The notes beneath the pieces were generated by a model. The model saw nothing but the letters and a program-made list of their open reading frames with translations, had not been told where the DNA came from and searched no databases. From NCBI RefSeq assembly GCF_963974375.1, contig NZ_CAXBDN010000001.1, forward strand, positions 1 through 46,501: a stretch of DNA of 46,501 nt. Direction: 5' to 3'. Positions 39,048 through 46,501 of this stretch are shown here, piece after piece (the first letter of the stretch is position 1; each line of letters begins with the position of its first letter). The translations under genes and the position numbers were made by a program. The stretch is from an uncultured Marinobacter sp. GTDB lineage: Bacteria; Pseudomonadota; Gammaproteobacteria; Pseudomonadales; Oleiphilaceae.

Positions 39048-39461
39048 ATGTTCGACTTCGGCTGGATGGAATTGGCCTTTCTCGCCATGCTGGCGTTGAT
39101 TATCGTCGGCCCGAAAGACCTGCCCAGGCTCGCCAATGCGGTGGGCAAACTCTGGGGACGTGCCCGCCGGCTCTACCGGGATGCGCTCGGTCAGCTCCAG
39201 AAGCTGGAGAACGAAATGGATCTTGCCAGCCGCCCCGACGAGCGCCTCAAGCCCTCCTACTACGATCTGCTGCCGGAGCATGTTCGTCAGGCCATGGAAA
39301 TGGCCGAGCCCAGCCGCGATGCAGAGCACAATCGCAAAGTGGACGCCATGTTCAGGGAAGCACTCGCTGAGCTGCACCAGCCGGCGCCGGACACCGGGAC
39401 AAAACACAGCGAGCCTGAGCAACCGGAAACAGGAGCACAGCGTCATGACCAGCCACGATGA
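39048..39461 (+). CDS. tatB: Twin-arginine translocase subunit TatB
   Basis: MFDFGWMEL..LALIIVGPKDLPRL with Glu8, followed by an amphipathic helix. Overlaps the tatC start. Confidence 0.85.
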   Translation: MFDFGWMELAFLAMLALIIVGPKDLPRLANAVGKLWGRARRLYRDALGQLQKLENEMDLASRPDERLKPSYYDLLPEHVRQAMEMAEPSRDAEHNRKVDAMFREALAELHQPAPDTGTKHSEPEQPETGAQRHDQPR

Positions 39462-40233
39462 TCTTGATCTCAGCCGTGCTCCGCTGCTGGCCCACCTGCT
39501 GGAATTGCGGAAACGCCTGCTGATCTGCCTTGGTCTGTTTGCCGTTGCCTTTGGTGTGTCCTACCTGTTTGCAGAGCCCCTGTACCGCTTTCTGATGGAG
39601 CCTCTGGTGGACATTTTTGGCCCGGACTCGGGCCGGCGGATGATCTTTACGGGGTTGCACGAGGCGTTTCTTACCCAGCTCAAGCTGGCCTTTGTCAGCG
39701 CCCTGTTCTTCACCCTGCCACTAGCCCTGATTCAGGTCTGGAAGTTCATGGCACCGGGGCTTTACCAGCATGAGCAGGGCTACCTGAGATTGCTGTTTGC
39801 GTTAACACCAATCCTGTTTGTGGTCGGTGCCGCCCTCGCCTACTACGTGGTATTCCCTCTGGCCTGGCAATTTTTCCTGAGCTTTGAGGCGCCGGCTGTG
39901 GCCGGCTCCCTGCCGGTGGAACTGGAAGCGCGGGTCAGTGAATATCTGGGCCTGGTGATTCGCCTGATTCTCGCCTTTGGCCTCAGTTTCGAGTTACCCG
40001 TGGTATTGCTGTTACTGGCCCGTACCGGCGCCATTACCGCCGACAGCCTTGCCCACAACCGGCGCTATGCCATAGTCGCCATCTTCGCGGTGGCGGCCCT
40101 GGTAACGCCCCCGGATCTGATTTCCCAGATCGCCCTGGGCTCCCCGATCCTTTTGCTCTATGAAGCGTCCATCTGGCTCATCCGGCTGCTTGATCGCCGT
40201 GCCGCCCTCGCGGACAAGCCGACGACAAACTGA
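39445..40233 (+). CDS. tatC: Twin-arginine translocase subunit TatC
   Basis: PLLAHLLELRKRL, WKFMAPGLYQHE, FGLSFELP, RRYAIV and TPPDLISQ. Start at ATG 39445 after AGGAG. Confidence 0.93.
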   Translation: MTSHDDLDLSRAPLLAHLLELRKRLLICLGLFAVAFGVSYLFAEPLYRFLMEPLVDIFGPDSGRRMIFTGLHEAFLTQLKLAFVSALFFTLPLALIQVWKFMAPGLYQHEQGYLRLLFALTPILFVVGAALAYYVVFPLAWQFFLSFEAPAVAGSLPVELEARVSEYLGLVIRLILAFGLSFELPVVLLLLARTGAITADSLAHNRRYAIVAIFAVAALVTPPDLISQIALGSPILLLYEASIWLIRLLDRRAALADKPTTN

Positions 40234-40236
40234 CGT

Positions 40237-40313
40237 CTGTCATAAAAATTTATTGCCAGTTGCCGTCTGTGTCATTTTTCTGCCGCTCCCCGGTCATATT
40301 CCTTCCCTAACCT
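40237..40313 (+). promoter_or_regulatory. Pho box array and promoter of phoX
   Basis: CTGTCAT (40237), then GTGTCAT (40269), CTGCCGC (40280) and CGGTCAT (40291) at 11-bp period, a 10-bp spacer and a TAACCT -10. Confidence 0.7.
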
Positions 40314-40418
40314 TCTTGTCAGGTCTGACGCCATATCGCTTGGTCAGACCTGCATGGCGTGCCTTTGTGCGCAACCTGAATAAAACCAGACACACATGGA
40401 ATCATGGAGAGTGGAGCA

Positions 40419-41822
40419 ATGAACGATCTGTCAAACGGCCTGCCGGTCAGTAATGAACCCATACAACCCATCGTGAACCGTCGTGACTTCATGAAGGGCA
40501 GCGCTGCCGGCGCCGCCGCTATTTCCTTCGGCGCCCTGGCCAGCGGCAAGGTCTCCGCCAGCGACTTTACCAACGACTACGGCCCGCTGGCGCCCGTTGC
40601 CGATGAGGTAACCGGCCTGGAGTTGCTGAAGCTGCCCCAGGGCTTCAAATACTGGTCCTTCGGCTGGCGCGGCCAGATCATGAATGATGGCACTCCGACG
40701 CCTGGCGTGCACGATGGCATGGCGGTTGTGGCGTCTCAGGGCGGCACCATTGCCCTCGTTCGTAACCATGAAATTCGTGGCGGTGGTAACGCCGTGCCTT
40801 CACCAGCCATCTACAACCAGGCAGCGCCAGGTGGTTGCAGCAACCTGCTGTTTGACCCGGTACGCAGCCGCTGGCAGGCCTCTTATATGAGCATCAGCGG
40901 CACTTCCACCAACTGCGCCGGCGGCCTGACCCCCTGGGGCACCTGGCTGACCTGTGAAGAAACCACCACCACCCTCGGTGGCGTGGCTCACGGCTGGGTT
41001 TTTGAGGTTCCGGGATTCGGCATTGCCAAGCCAGTCCCCCTCAAGGCCATGGGTCGTCGCGCCCATGAGGCCACAGCCACCGACCCGGTCACCGGCTACG
41101 TCTACATGACCGAAGACGCCGGCTCCTCGTCCGGTTTCTACCGCTTCCGCCCGAACCAGTACGGCAACCTGGCTGCCGGCGGTGTACTGGAAATGCTGAA
41201 GGTCAAGGATATGCCTCAGGCAGACCTGCGCCTGGATTATCCGAATGGCACCAGCTGGGAAGTCGAGTGGGTCACCATTGACCAGCCGGAAAGCATCAAT
41301 CCCCGCAACTACACCCAGGGCTATAACAAGGGTGCGGCTCGTTTCAGCCGTCTGGAAGGGGCCTGGTACGACACCGGCCTGATCTACTTTGATTCCACCA
41401 ACGGTGGAGCCATCAATCGTGGCCAGATCTTCCACTACGAGCCACGTCGAAATCGCCTGACCATGGTTTTCCAGAGCACCAATGAGCTGACTCACCCGGT
41501 CTCCCCGGACAACCTGGCAGTCAGCCCCCGTGGCGGCGTGCTGATCTGCGAAGACCGTAGCGGTTCCCTGCAGCGCATACTCGGATTGAGCCAGAACGGT
41601 GAGGTTTTCGAGTTTGCCCACAACAATGTGGTACTGACCGAAAACGACATCGCCACTGTGGATGCCATCTACCCGGGCGTTGCCAGCTCGGTCAGAGCCG
41701 GCAGCTACACCAACTCCGAAACCGCAGGCGCGACCTTCTACGATCGCTGGTTGTTCCTGAACATCCAGAACCCCGGCATTACCGTCGCCATTACCGGCCC
41801 CTGGAACGAAGGCAATCTCTGA
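40419..41822 (+). CDS. phoX: PhoX/DUF839 family alkaline phosphatase with Tat signal (short form)
   Basis: NRRDFMK Tat motif, HDGM, VRNHE, NCAGG.TPWGTWLTCEE, MGR.AHEA, YMTED, PDNL, CED and NIQNPG. Confidence 0.87.
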   Translation: MNDLSNGLPVSNEPIQPIVNRRDFMKGSAAGAAAISFGALASGKVSASDFTNDYGPLAPVADEVTGLELLKLPQGFKYWSFGWRGQIMNDGTPTPGVHDGMAVVASQGGTIALVRNHEIRGGGNAVPSPAIYNQAAPGGCSNLLFDPVRSRWQASYMSISGTSTNCAGGLTPWGTWLTCEETTTTLGGVAHGWVFEVPGFGIAKPVPLKAMGRRAHEATATDPVTGYVYMTEDAGSSSGFYRFRPNQYGNLAAGGVLEMLKVKDMPQADLRLDYPNGTSWEVEWVTIDQPESINPRNYTQGYNKGAARFSRLEGAWYDTGLIYFDSTNGGAINRGQIFHYEPRRNRLTMVFQSTNELTHPVSPDNLAVSPRGGVLICEDRSGSLQRILGLSQNGEVFEFAHNNVVLTENDIATVDAIYPGVASSVRAGSYTNSETAGATFYDRWLFLNIQNPGITVAITGPWNEGNL

Positions 41823-41839
41823 CAGGGCTTCAACATCAT

Positions 41840-41864
41840 GCCGGTATCCATGGGGGATACCGGC
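41840..41864. other. Intercistronic hairpin between phoX and the PEP-CTERM gene (no U-tract)
   Basis: GCCGGTATCC-atggg-GGATACCGGC. Confidence 0.5.
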
Positions 41865-41886
41865 CCGGAATCAAAAAAGGATTATC

Positions 41887-42462
41887 ATGAAAACATTAAT
41901 TACAGCATTGGCCCTGATGATGCTGAGCATCACGGCACAGGCCCTGCCCACTCACTACTTTGGCGAAATCAACTACGCCGGCAATTACGATGGCACCGTC
42001 ACCAGTAACAGTGCCTGGGTTAACCCCCCGGTGTTCGGCCTGAACAGCGCCGGCGAGCAGCAGGTGAACCTGTGGGGGCTCAACGCCAGCGCCGGTCAGG
42101 CCCTGTCACTGGACGTCACCAGCAGCGGCGATTTTATCGGCGGTATCAGCCTGTACCGGGGTGAAGTCAGCAGCAACGACCTGCGGTTCGGTAACTTCAA
42201 CAACAGCGCTGACATCGGCAGTGCTGAGTTTATTGCCGGCACCAGTACCTTCATGGCGGATTCCTGGCTTAACGACCTGCTACTGGAACTGGACGGTTTC
42301 TATACAGTCATTGTCGGTGGCAAGAATGGCTTTGGCTTCGCTGACCGTTACGATTACGTAATGCAGGTATCCGGGCTGCCGGTTTCTGAACCCGGCAGCA
42401 TGGCCCTTCTGGCATTGGGCATGACAGGCCTGATGGCCGCAAGGCGCCGTCGTTCTGCCTGA
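41887..42462 (+). CDS. PEP-CTERM sorting-signal protein (VSEP variant) with a PPC-like beta domain
   Basis: Sec signal ending AQA. C-terminus PVSEPGSMALLALGMTGLMAARRRRSA (motif, TM, basic tail). Confidence 0.85.
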   Translation: MKTLITALALMMLSITAQALPTHYFGEINYAGNYDGTVTSNSAWVNPPVFGLNSAGEQQVNLWGLNASAGQALSLDVTSSGDFIGGISLYRGEVSSNDLRFGNFNNSADIGSAEFIAGTSTFMADSWLNDLLLELDGFYTVIVGGKNGFGFADRYDYVMQVSGLPVSEPGSMALLALGMTGLMAARRRRSA

Positions 42463-42679
42463 TGGATCATAGACTTGTGCACACCCAGCCGGCAGGGACG
42501 CCGGCTACCTCCACGTGAGGTCAGGCCTGCCCTGCGCTGATCTGCCGCACCCGTGTTGTCATCCGGTAATGCCGTTCCACCGAATAGCTTTGATAGGCTG
42601 GACTCACTGCCATTATTCCGGCCTGCGTGTATCAGTCGTGCAATGGCAGCCAACAACGAGATGATGAGAGGTAACACCA

Positions 42680-43006
42680 ATGAGCGACACCAAACAGAGC
42701 CGCCGGGTATTTCTGAGAACCGCCGCGCTGGGGGTAGCTGCCCTGCCGCTGGCCCGCTTCGCAACCCATTCGCCGACAGCCCATGCCAGCAAACCAAAAG
42801 CCGAAGATGGTCATGCACTTGACTACCTCAACAACGGCGCCGATTCGAACCATGAAAAACATAAGGATGGGCAGATGTGCCAGAACTGCGTGTTCTGGAC
42901 CGGTGAAGTAGAAGATGGCTGGGGTAACTGTCAGCATCCTCAGTTTGCCAACGTGTTGGTGAATGCAGAAGGCTGGTGCAATACCTACGTGCCAAAACCA
43001 TCCTGA
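42680..43006 (+). CDS. High-potential iron-sulfur protein (HiPIP) with Tat signal
   Basis: SRRVFLR Tat motif, ALDY, and four-Cys pattern QMCQNCVFW..GNC..F....V..EGWC..Y. Confidence 0.88.
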   Translation: MSDTKQSRRVFLRTAALGVAALPLARFATHSPTAHASKPKAEDGHALDYLNNGADSNHEKHKDGQMCQNCVFWTGEVEDGWGNCQHPQFANVLVNAEGWCNTYVPKPS

Positions 43007-43066
43007 TTCTGCTGTCCTGAATATCTGACCGTCGGCGCCCGACCAATAACAATAGCGGGCGCCAGA

Positions 43067-43609
43067 TCACAGCAATGACTCTATGGCCTCCTGCAACGCG
43101 GGGTCCTCCGGCGTCACCCGACTGCCAAAGTGGTTAACCACCCGTCCTTCTGCATTCAACAGGTATTTGTTGAAATTCCACTGCGGCGGCTGGCTTTGCT
43201 GACTGATAGCCCGGAAAACCGGATTGGCGTTTTCCCCGGTGACCGGTCCTGGCGCAATCATCGTAAAGGTGACCCCGAAGTTAACAAAACAGACTTCGGC
43301 CGCCTTTTCTTCCGACGCCGCCTCCTGACGGAAATCGTTGCTGGCGAAGCCGACCACCACCAGCCCCTGGTCACGGTAGGTCTGATGCAACGCTTCCAGC
43401 CCTTCGAATTGCCCGGTATAGCCACAGTGACTGGCCGTATTGACCACCAGCAATGGCTTGCCTGCAGCCTGTTCACAGAGATTGATGGATTCGCTTGAAT
43501 GCAGCTTGCGGAACTCCTGATCCAGAAACGATGGGCACTCCGCAGCAAACGCTGAAGCGGACACCAACAACCCCATCCCCAGTGCGACCATCCGACGTGG
43601 ACTGATCAT
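43067..43609 (-). CDS. Glutathione peroxidase (Cys type, with signal peptide)
   Basis: VNTASHCGYT, GFASNDFRQE and PQWNFNKYL. Confidence 0.92.
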   Translation of the reverse strand: MISPRRMVALGMGLLVSASAFAAECPSFLDQEFRKLHSSESINLCEQAAGKPLLVVNTASHCGYTGQFEGLEALHQTYRDQGLVVVGFASNDFRQEAASEEKAAEVCFVNFGVTFTMIAPGPVTGENANPVFRAISQQSQPPQWNFNKYLLNAEGRVVNHFGSRVTPEDPALQEAIESLL

Positions 43610-43820
43610 TGCCTATCCTCCCTTTGGAAATAAGTCTTTAAAGGCCTGCTGATCTTTATACGGCATGCCCGGAAAGACAGCCTGTTGTCGATCATACAAT
43701 AGCGGACATTTTCTTCGACCGTCATCGCCGAGCCGTATTGACCAACCACTATTACATCAACTGCTAGACTTCGTTCAGTACGAGCGGTTCAGACTCAACT
43801 GACACGGAGAAAACGCACCG

Positions 43821-45233
43821 ATGACTGCCATTGTTGATTTCGTGAATTCGATCCTCTGGGGATACGTGCTGGTGTGGGGACTGCTGGCCGTGGGTGTGTT
43901 TTTCACCTTTCGTCTGGGTTTCCTGCAGTTCGTCAATTTCAATGAAATGATCCGGGCAATTCGTGGCTCCCGCGAGAGCGACGCCAACGGTATTTCTCCG
44001 TTTCAGGCCCTGTGTACCAGCCTGGCGTCCCGGGTCGGTACCGGCAATCTGGCCGGTGTGGCGGTGGCGCTTTATCTGGGTGGTGCCGGTGCCATTTTCT
44101 GGATGTGGATGGTCGCGCTGGTCGGTATGGCCACCGGCTACGCCGAAAGCACGCTGGCACAGCTCTACAAGGTGCGGGACGTCAAGGGTCAGTACCGGGG
44201 CGGGCCCGCGGTCTATATTGCCAAGGGGCTCAATGCGCCCTGGGCCGCCGTCATTTTTGCGGTTTGCCTGATTATTTCCTTCGGCCTGGTGTTCAATGCC
44301 GTCCAGGCCAACTCCATTGCCGATGCCATGGAAGGGGCCTTCGGCGTGCCCAAACTGGGTGTTGGCATCGCCATTGCCGTGTGTGCCGGGATTGTGATTT
44401 TTGGTGGCCTGAGGGCCATCGTGCGCTTTGCCGAGTTTGTGGTGCCGTTCATGGCCGGTGCTTACGTGCTGCTGGCTCTCGGTATCATGTTGTTCAACAT
44501 TACCGAGGTACCGGGAGTGCTGCTGATGATCGTGAAAAGCGCCTTTGGTCTTGAAGAAGCCGCCGGCGGTGCCGCCGGCTCGGTTACCGCGGCCATGCTC
44601 AACGGCATCAAGCGGGGCCTGTTCTCCAATGAGGCCGGCATGGGTTCAGCTCCCAATATTGCCGCCACCGCCACTCCCGCCCCCCATCACCCTTCATCCC
44701 AGGGCCTGGTTCAGGCTTTCGGCGTGTTTATCGATACCATCGTCATCTGTACCGCCACTGCAGTGATGATTCTGCTGGCGGGCGTTGTAGAGCCCGGCTC
44801 GGGTGTCACCGGCACTCAACTGACCCAGCTCGCCATGGAGACTCACATTGGCAGCGCAGGCGGCTACTTTGTTGCCATTGCCATCCTGTTCTTTGCATTC
44901 ACCTCGATTGTGGCCAACTACACCTACGCCGAAAACGCCATTATCTATCTGGGCGCCGGCAATACCCTTGGCATCTCCCTGCTCCGGGTCGCCGTGCTGG
45001 GCATGGTGGTGTGGGGTGGATACGAAGCAGTAACCACTGTGTTTAACGCGGCCGATGCTTCCATGGGGCTGATGGCCACTATCAATCTGATTGCCATCGT
45101 GCTGCTTTCCGGCACCGTGGTGAAACTCACCAAAGATTACATGGGCCAGCGCAAGGCCGGCGAAGTGCCCCATTTCAAGTCGAAGGACTATCCGGAGCTG
45201 GACAGGAAAATCGACAGCTCCATCTGGCGCTAA
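43821..45233 (+). CDS. Alanine/glycine:cation symporter (AGCS)
   Basis: SLASRVGTGNLAGVA, GGAGAIFWMW, YRGGPA, GIKRGLFSNEAGMGSAP and GVFIDTIVICT. Confidence 0.95.
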   Translation: MTAIVDFVNSILWGYVLVWGLLAVGVFFTFRLGFLQFVNFNEMIRAIRGSRESDANGISPFQALCTSLASRVGTGNLAGVAVALYLGGAGAIFWMWMVALVGMATGYAESTLAQLYKVRDVKGQYRGGPAVYIAKGLNAPWAAVIFAVCLIISFGLVFNAVQANSIADAMEGAFGVPKLGVGIAIAVCAGIVIFGGLRAIVRFAEFVVPFMAGAYVLLALGIMLFNITEVPGVLLMIVKSAFGLEEAAGGAAGSVTAAMLNGIKRGLFSNEAGMGSAPNIAATATPAPHHPSSQGLVQAFGVFIDTIVICTATAVMILLAGVVEPGSGVTGTQLTQLAMETHIGSAGGYFVAIAILFFAFTSIVANYTYAENAIIYLGAGNTLGISLLRVAVLGMVVWGGYEAVTTVFNAADASMGLMATINLIAIVLLSGTVVKLTKDYMGQRKAGEVPHFKSKDYPELDRKIDSSIWR

Positions 45234-45244
45234 CCCGCTGCTGG

Positions 45245-45297
45245 TCCGCAATCAGGCCAACTTGCCAGTGAGAGCGGCAAGCTGGCCTGATTGCGGA
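45245..45297. terminator. Long hairpin between convergent genes
   Basis: TCCGCAATCAGGCCAaCTTGCC...GGCAAGcTGGCCTGATTGCGGA. Confidence 0.6.
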
Positions 45298-45302
45298 TCA
45301 TC

Positions 45303-45692
45303 TCAGCGGCCCTGGCTTATCCTGGAGCTCAGTTCCATATAGCGGTTGAGGATTCCTTCGATCTGTCCGAGACTTTGCTGTACCTGGGCTGAATTGTCCC
45401 GGGTAAATTCCGCCCCGAACACTGGTTTACCCTGCACCAGACGGGAATTGCGCAATATCGCCACCGCCTTCTCCACGGCAAAATCACCGGTTTCAGTCTG
45501 CAACTGCAGACTCAGGTGTACCTTTTCGCCTTGCTGCAGCGGGAGATCCCCGCCAAAGGCAATACCCCTGGCGTTGAAATCCTGCACCAGCACGTCAACC
45601 CACTCCCGGCTGAACAGGCTACGGCGCACCCGCACGCGAGCGTTGACCTGCACAAAAGGCAATCTCTTCTGACGACGACGTTCCTGCTGCAT
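45303..45692 (-). CDS. PilZ domain protein
   Basis: ERRRQKR (RxxxR), DFNARG (DxxxxG) and C-terminal FGAEF. Start set at ATG 45692. Confidence 0.78.
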   Translation of the reverse strand: MQQERRRQKRLPFVQVNARVRVRRSLFSREWVDVLVQDFNARGIAFGGDLPLQQGEKVHLSLQLQTETGDFAVEKAVAILRNSRLVQGKPVFGAEFTRDNSAQVQQSLGQIEGILNRYMELSSRISQGR

Positions 45693-46005
45693 GCAACTTC
45701 CCCCGGCTGGTATTTCGATGCTGGCCATCTCTGTTCAGAGCCAAACCCGACACAAAAGAGGCATTTTTATAATTGGTCTCAATTTAGCAGAGATGCAGGA
45801 AACGCAAAGCCCTAAAGACGGACCCGTATCGTGAAATGTGACGAATAAGTAACCTTGGCCCCCGACAAAGATCTCACCCACAACTTCACCGACAACAGCG
45901 AGACTCCGGACGAACCTTTGAGAACGGCGTCACAAGTGGCAAACTGATGCCTCAGGTTTCAGAAACCTCAGACACCAACCAACCCAGAACAAGAAGGAAT
46001 TCTGC

Positions 46006-46501
46006 ATGAGTGATACCGTTCTTCTCGAACGCCACGCCAACGGCGTAGCCCTGGTTACCATGAACCGGCCGGAGGCCATGAACGCCCTGTCCAAGAGCCT
46101 CCGCGAGGCCTTGTACGACACCATGCAGGGCATCAAAGGGGATGACAGCATTCGGGTGGTGGTGCTGACCGGCGCCGGTGAGCGGGCCTTTACCGCCGGC
46201 CTGGATCTGAAAGAACTGGGCACCAACACCGACATGATGAGGGACGCCACCGATCCGGATCCGCGCTCCAATCCGGTTAACGCCATTCGCAGTTGTGGCA
46301 AGCCGGTCATTGGTGCCATCAATGGCGTGGCCATTACCGGAGGTTTTGAGGTGGCGCTGGCCTGTGATGTGCTGATTGCATCCGAGAACGCACGCTTCGC
46401 CGACACTCACGCGCTGGTCGGTATCATGCCGGGCTGGGGCCTCAGTCAGAAGCTGTCACGCATCATCGGGCTATCCCGGGCCAAGGAACTGTCCTTTACC
46501 G
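46006..46501 (+). CDS. Enoyl-CoA hydratase/isomerase, 5' part; runs off the right edge and is absent from the ORF track
   Basis: My translation: MSDTVLLERHANGVALVTMNRPEAMNALS..VVVLTGAGERAFTAGLDLKE..KPVIGAINGVAITGGFEVALACD..FADTH. RBS AAGGA. Confidence 0.92.
   Translation, partial: MSDTVLLERHANGVALVTMNRPEAMNALSKSLREALYDTMQGIKGDDSIRVVVLTGAGERAFTAGLDLKELGTNTDMMRDATDPDPRSNPVNAIRSCGKPVIGAINGVAITGGFEVALACDVLIASENARFADTHALVGIMPGWGLSQKLSRIIGLSRAKELSFT

Noticed and set aside
40234-40418. Hidden tatA between or around tatC and phoX
   Set aside because: I found no short ORF with a TM-FG-amphipathic helix pattern here or upstream of tatB. This region is occupied by the Pho-box promoter.
43610-43820. 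Possible glycine riboswitch upstream of the Ala/Gly symporter
   Set aside because: The GGAGAG / CCGAAG / CTCTCAGG aptamer elements are not present. The only GGAGA is the RBS.
584-45297. Intergenic hairpins as a REP/MITE family or CRISPR array
   Set aside because: They share no common sequence and have no regular spacing. No transposase, integrase or cas gene is present.

Overview
This is a gene-dense chromosomal window of a moderately GC-rich gammaproteobacterium. The gene repertoire looks Marinobacter-like, which is an inference. I find about 38 CDS and no rRNA, tRNA, CRISPR array or mobile element. From left to right: the 3' end of a DUF2309/DabA gene; a PAS-GGDEF-EAL protein; nitroreductase-pgpA; an acyl-CoA dehydrogenase with a PsrA-like box; a sigma28-driven soluble multi-PAS chemoreceptor (one DosP-like heme-PAS) with a TIGR03643 gene; a sigma54-driven SDR plus 2OG-Fe(II) oxygenase pair; a TetR-controlled catabolic island (TAXI-TRAP, ACAD, SDRs, orphan DctP, adenine deaminase); a divergent TetR / self-sufficient CYP102 pair; a Sel1 lipoprotein plus Cache-EAL operon; parA, DUF4112, a gloC-like hydrolase, an emrAB-like pump and an MCP; a C-terminally short RNase J; a tatB-tatC-phoX-PEP-CTERM block followed by a HiPIP gene; glutathione peroxidase, an Ala/Gly symporter, a PilZ protein and the 5' part of an enoyl-CoA hydratase. 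The best candidate for an undescribed system is the tatBC-phoX-PEP-CTERM block. It has no tatA, and both of its promoters carry Pho-box half-sites with the same geometry, which suggests a phosphate-starvation-induced accessory Tat export and surface-display module. Several operators and promoters can be read directly from the sequence. All protein calls rest on motif recognition only; no database searches were run.
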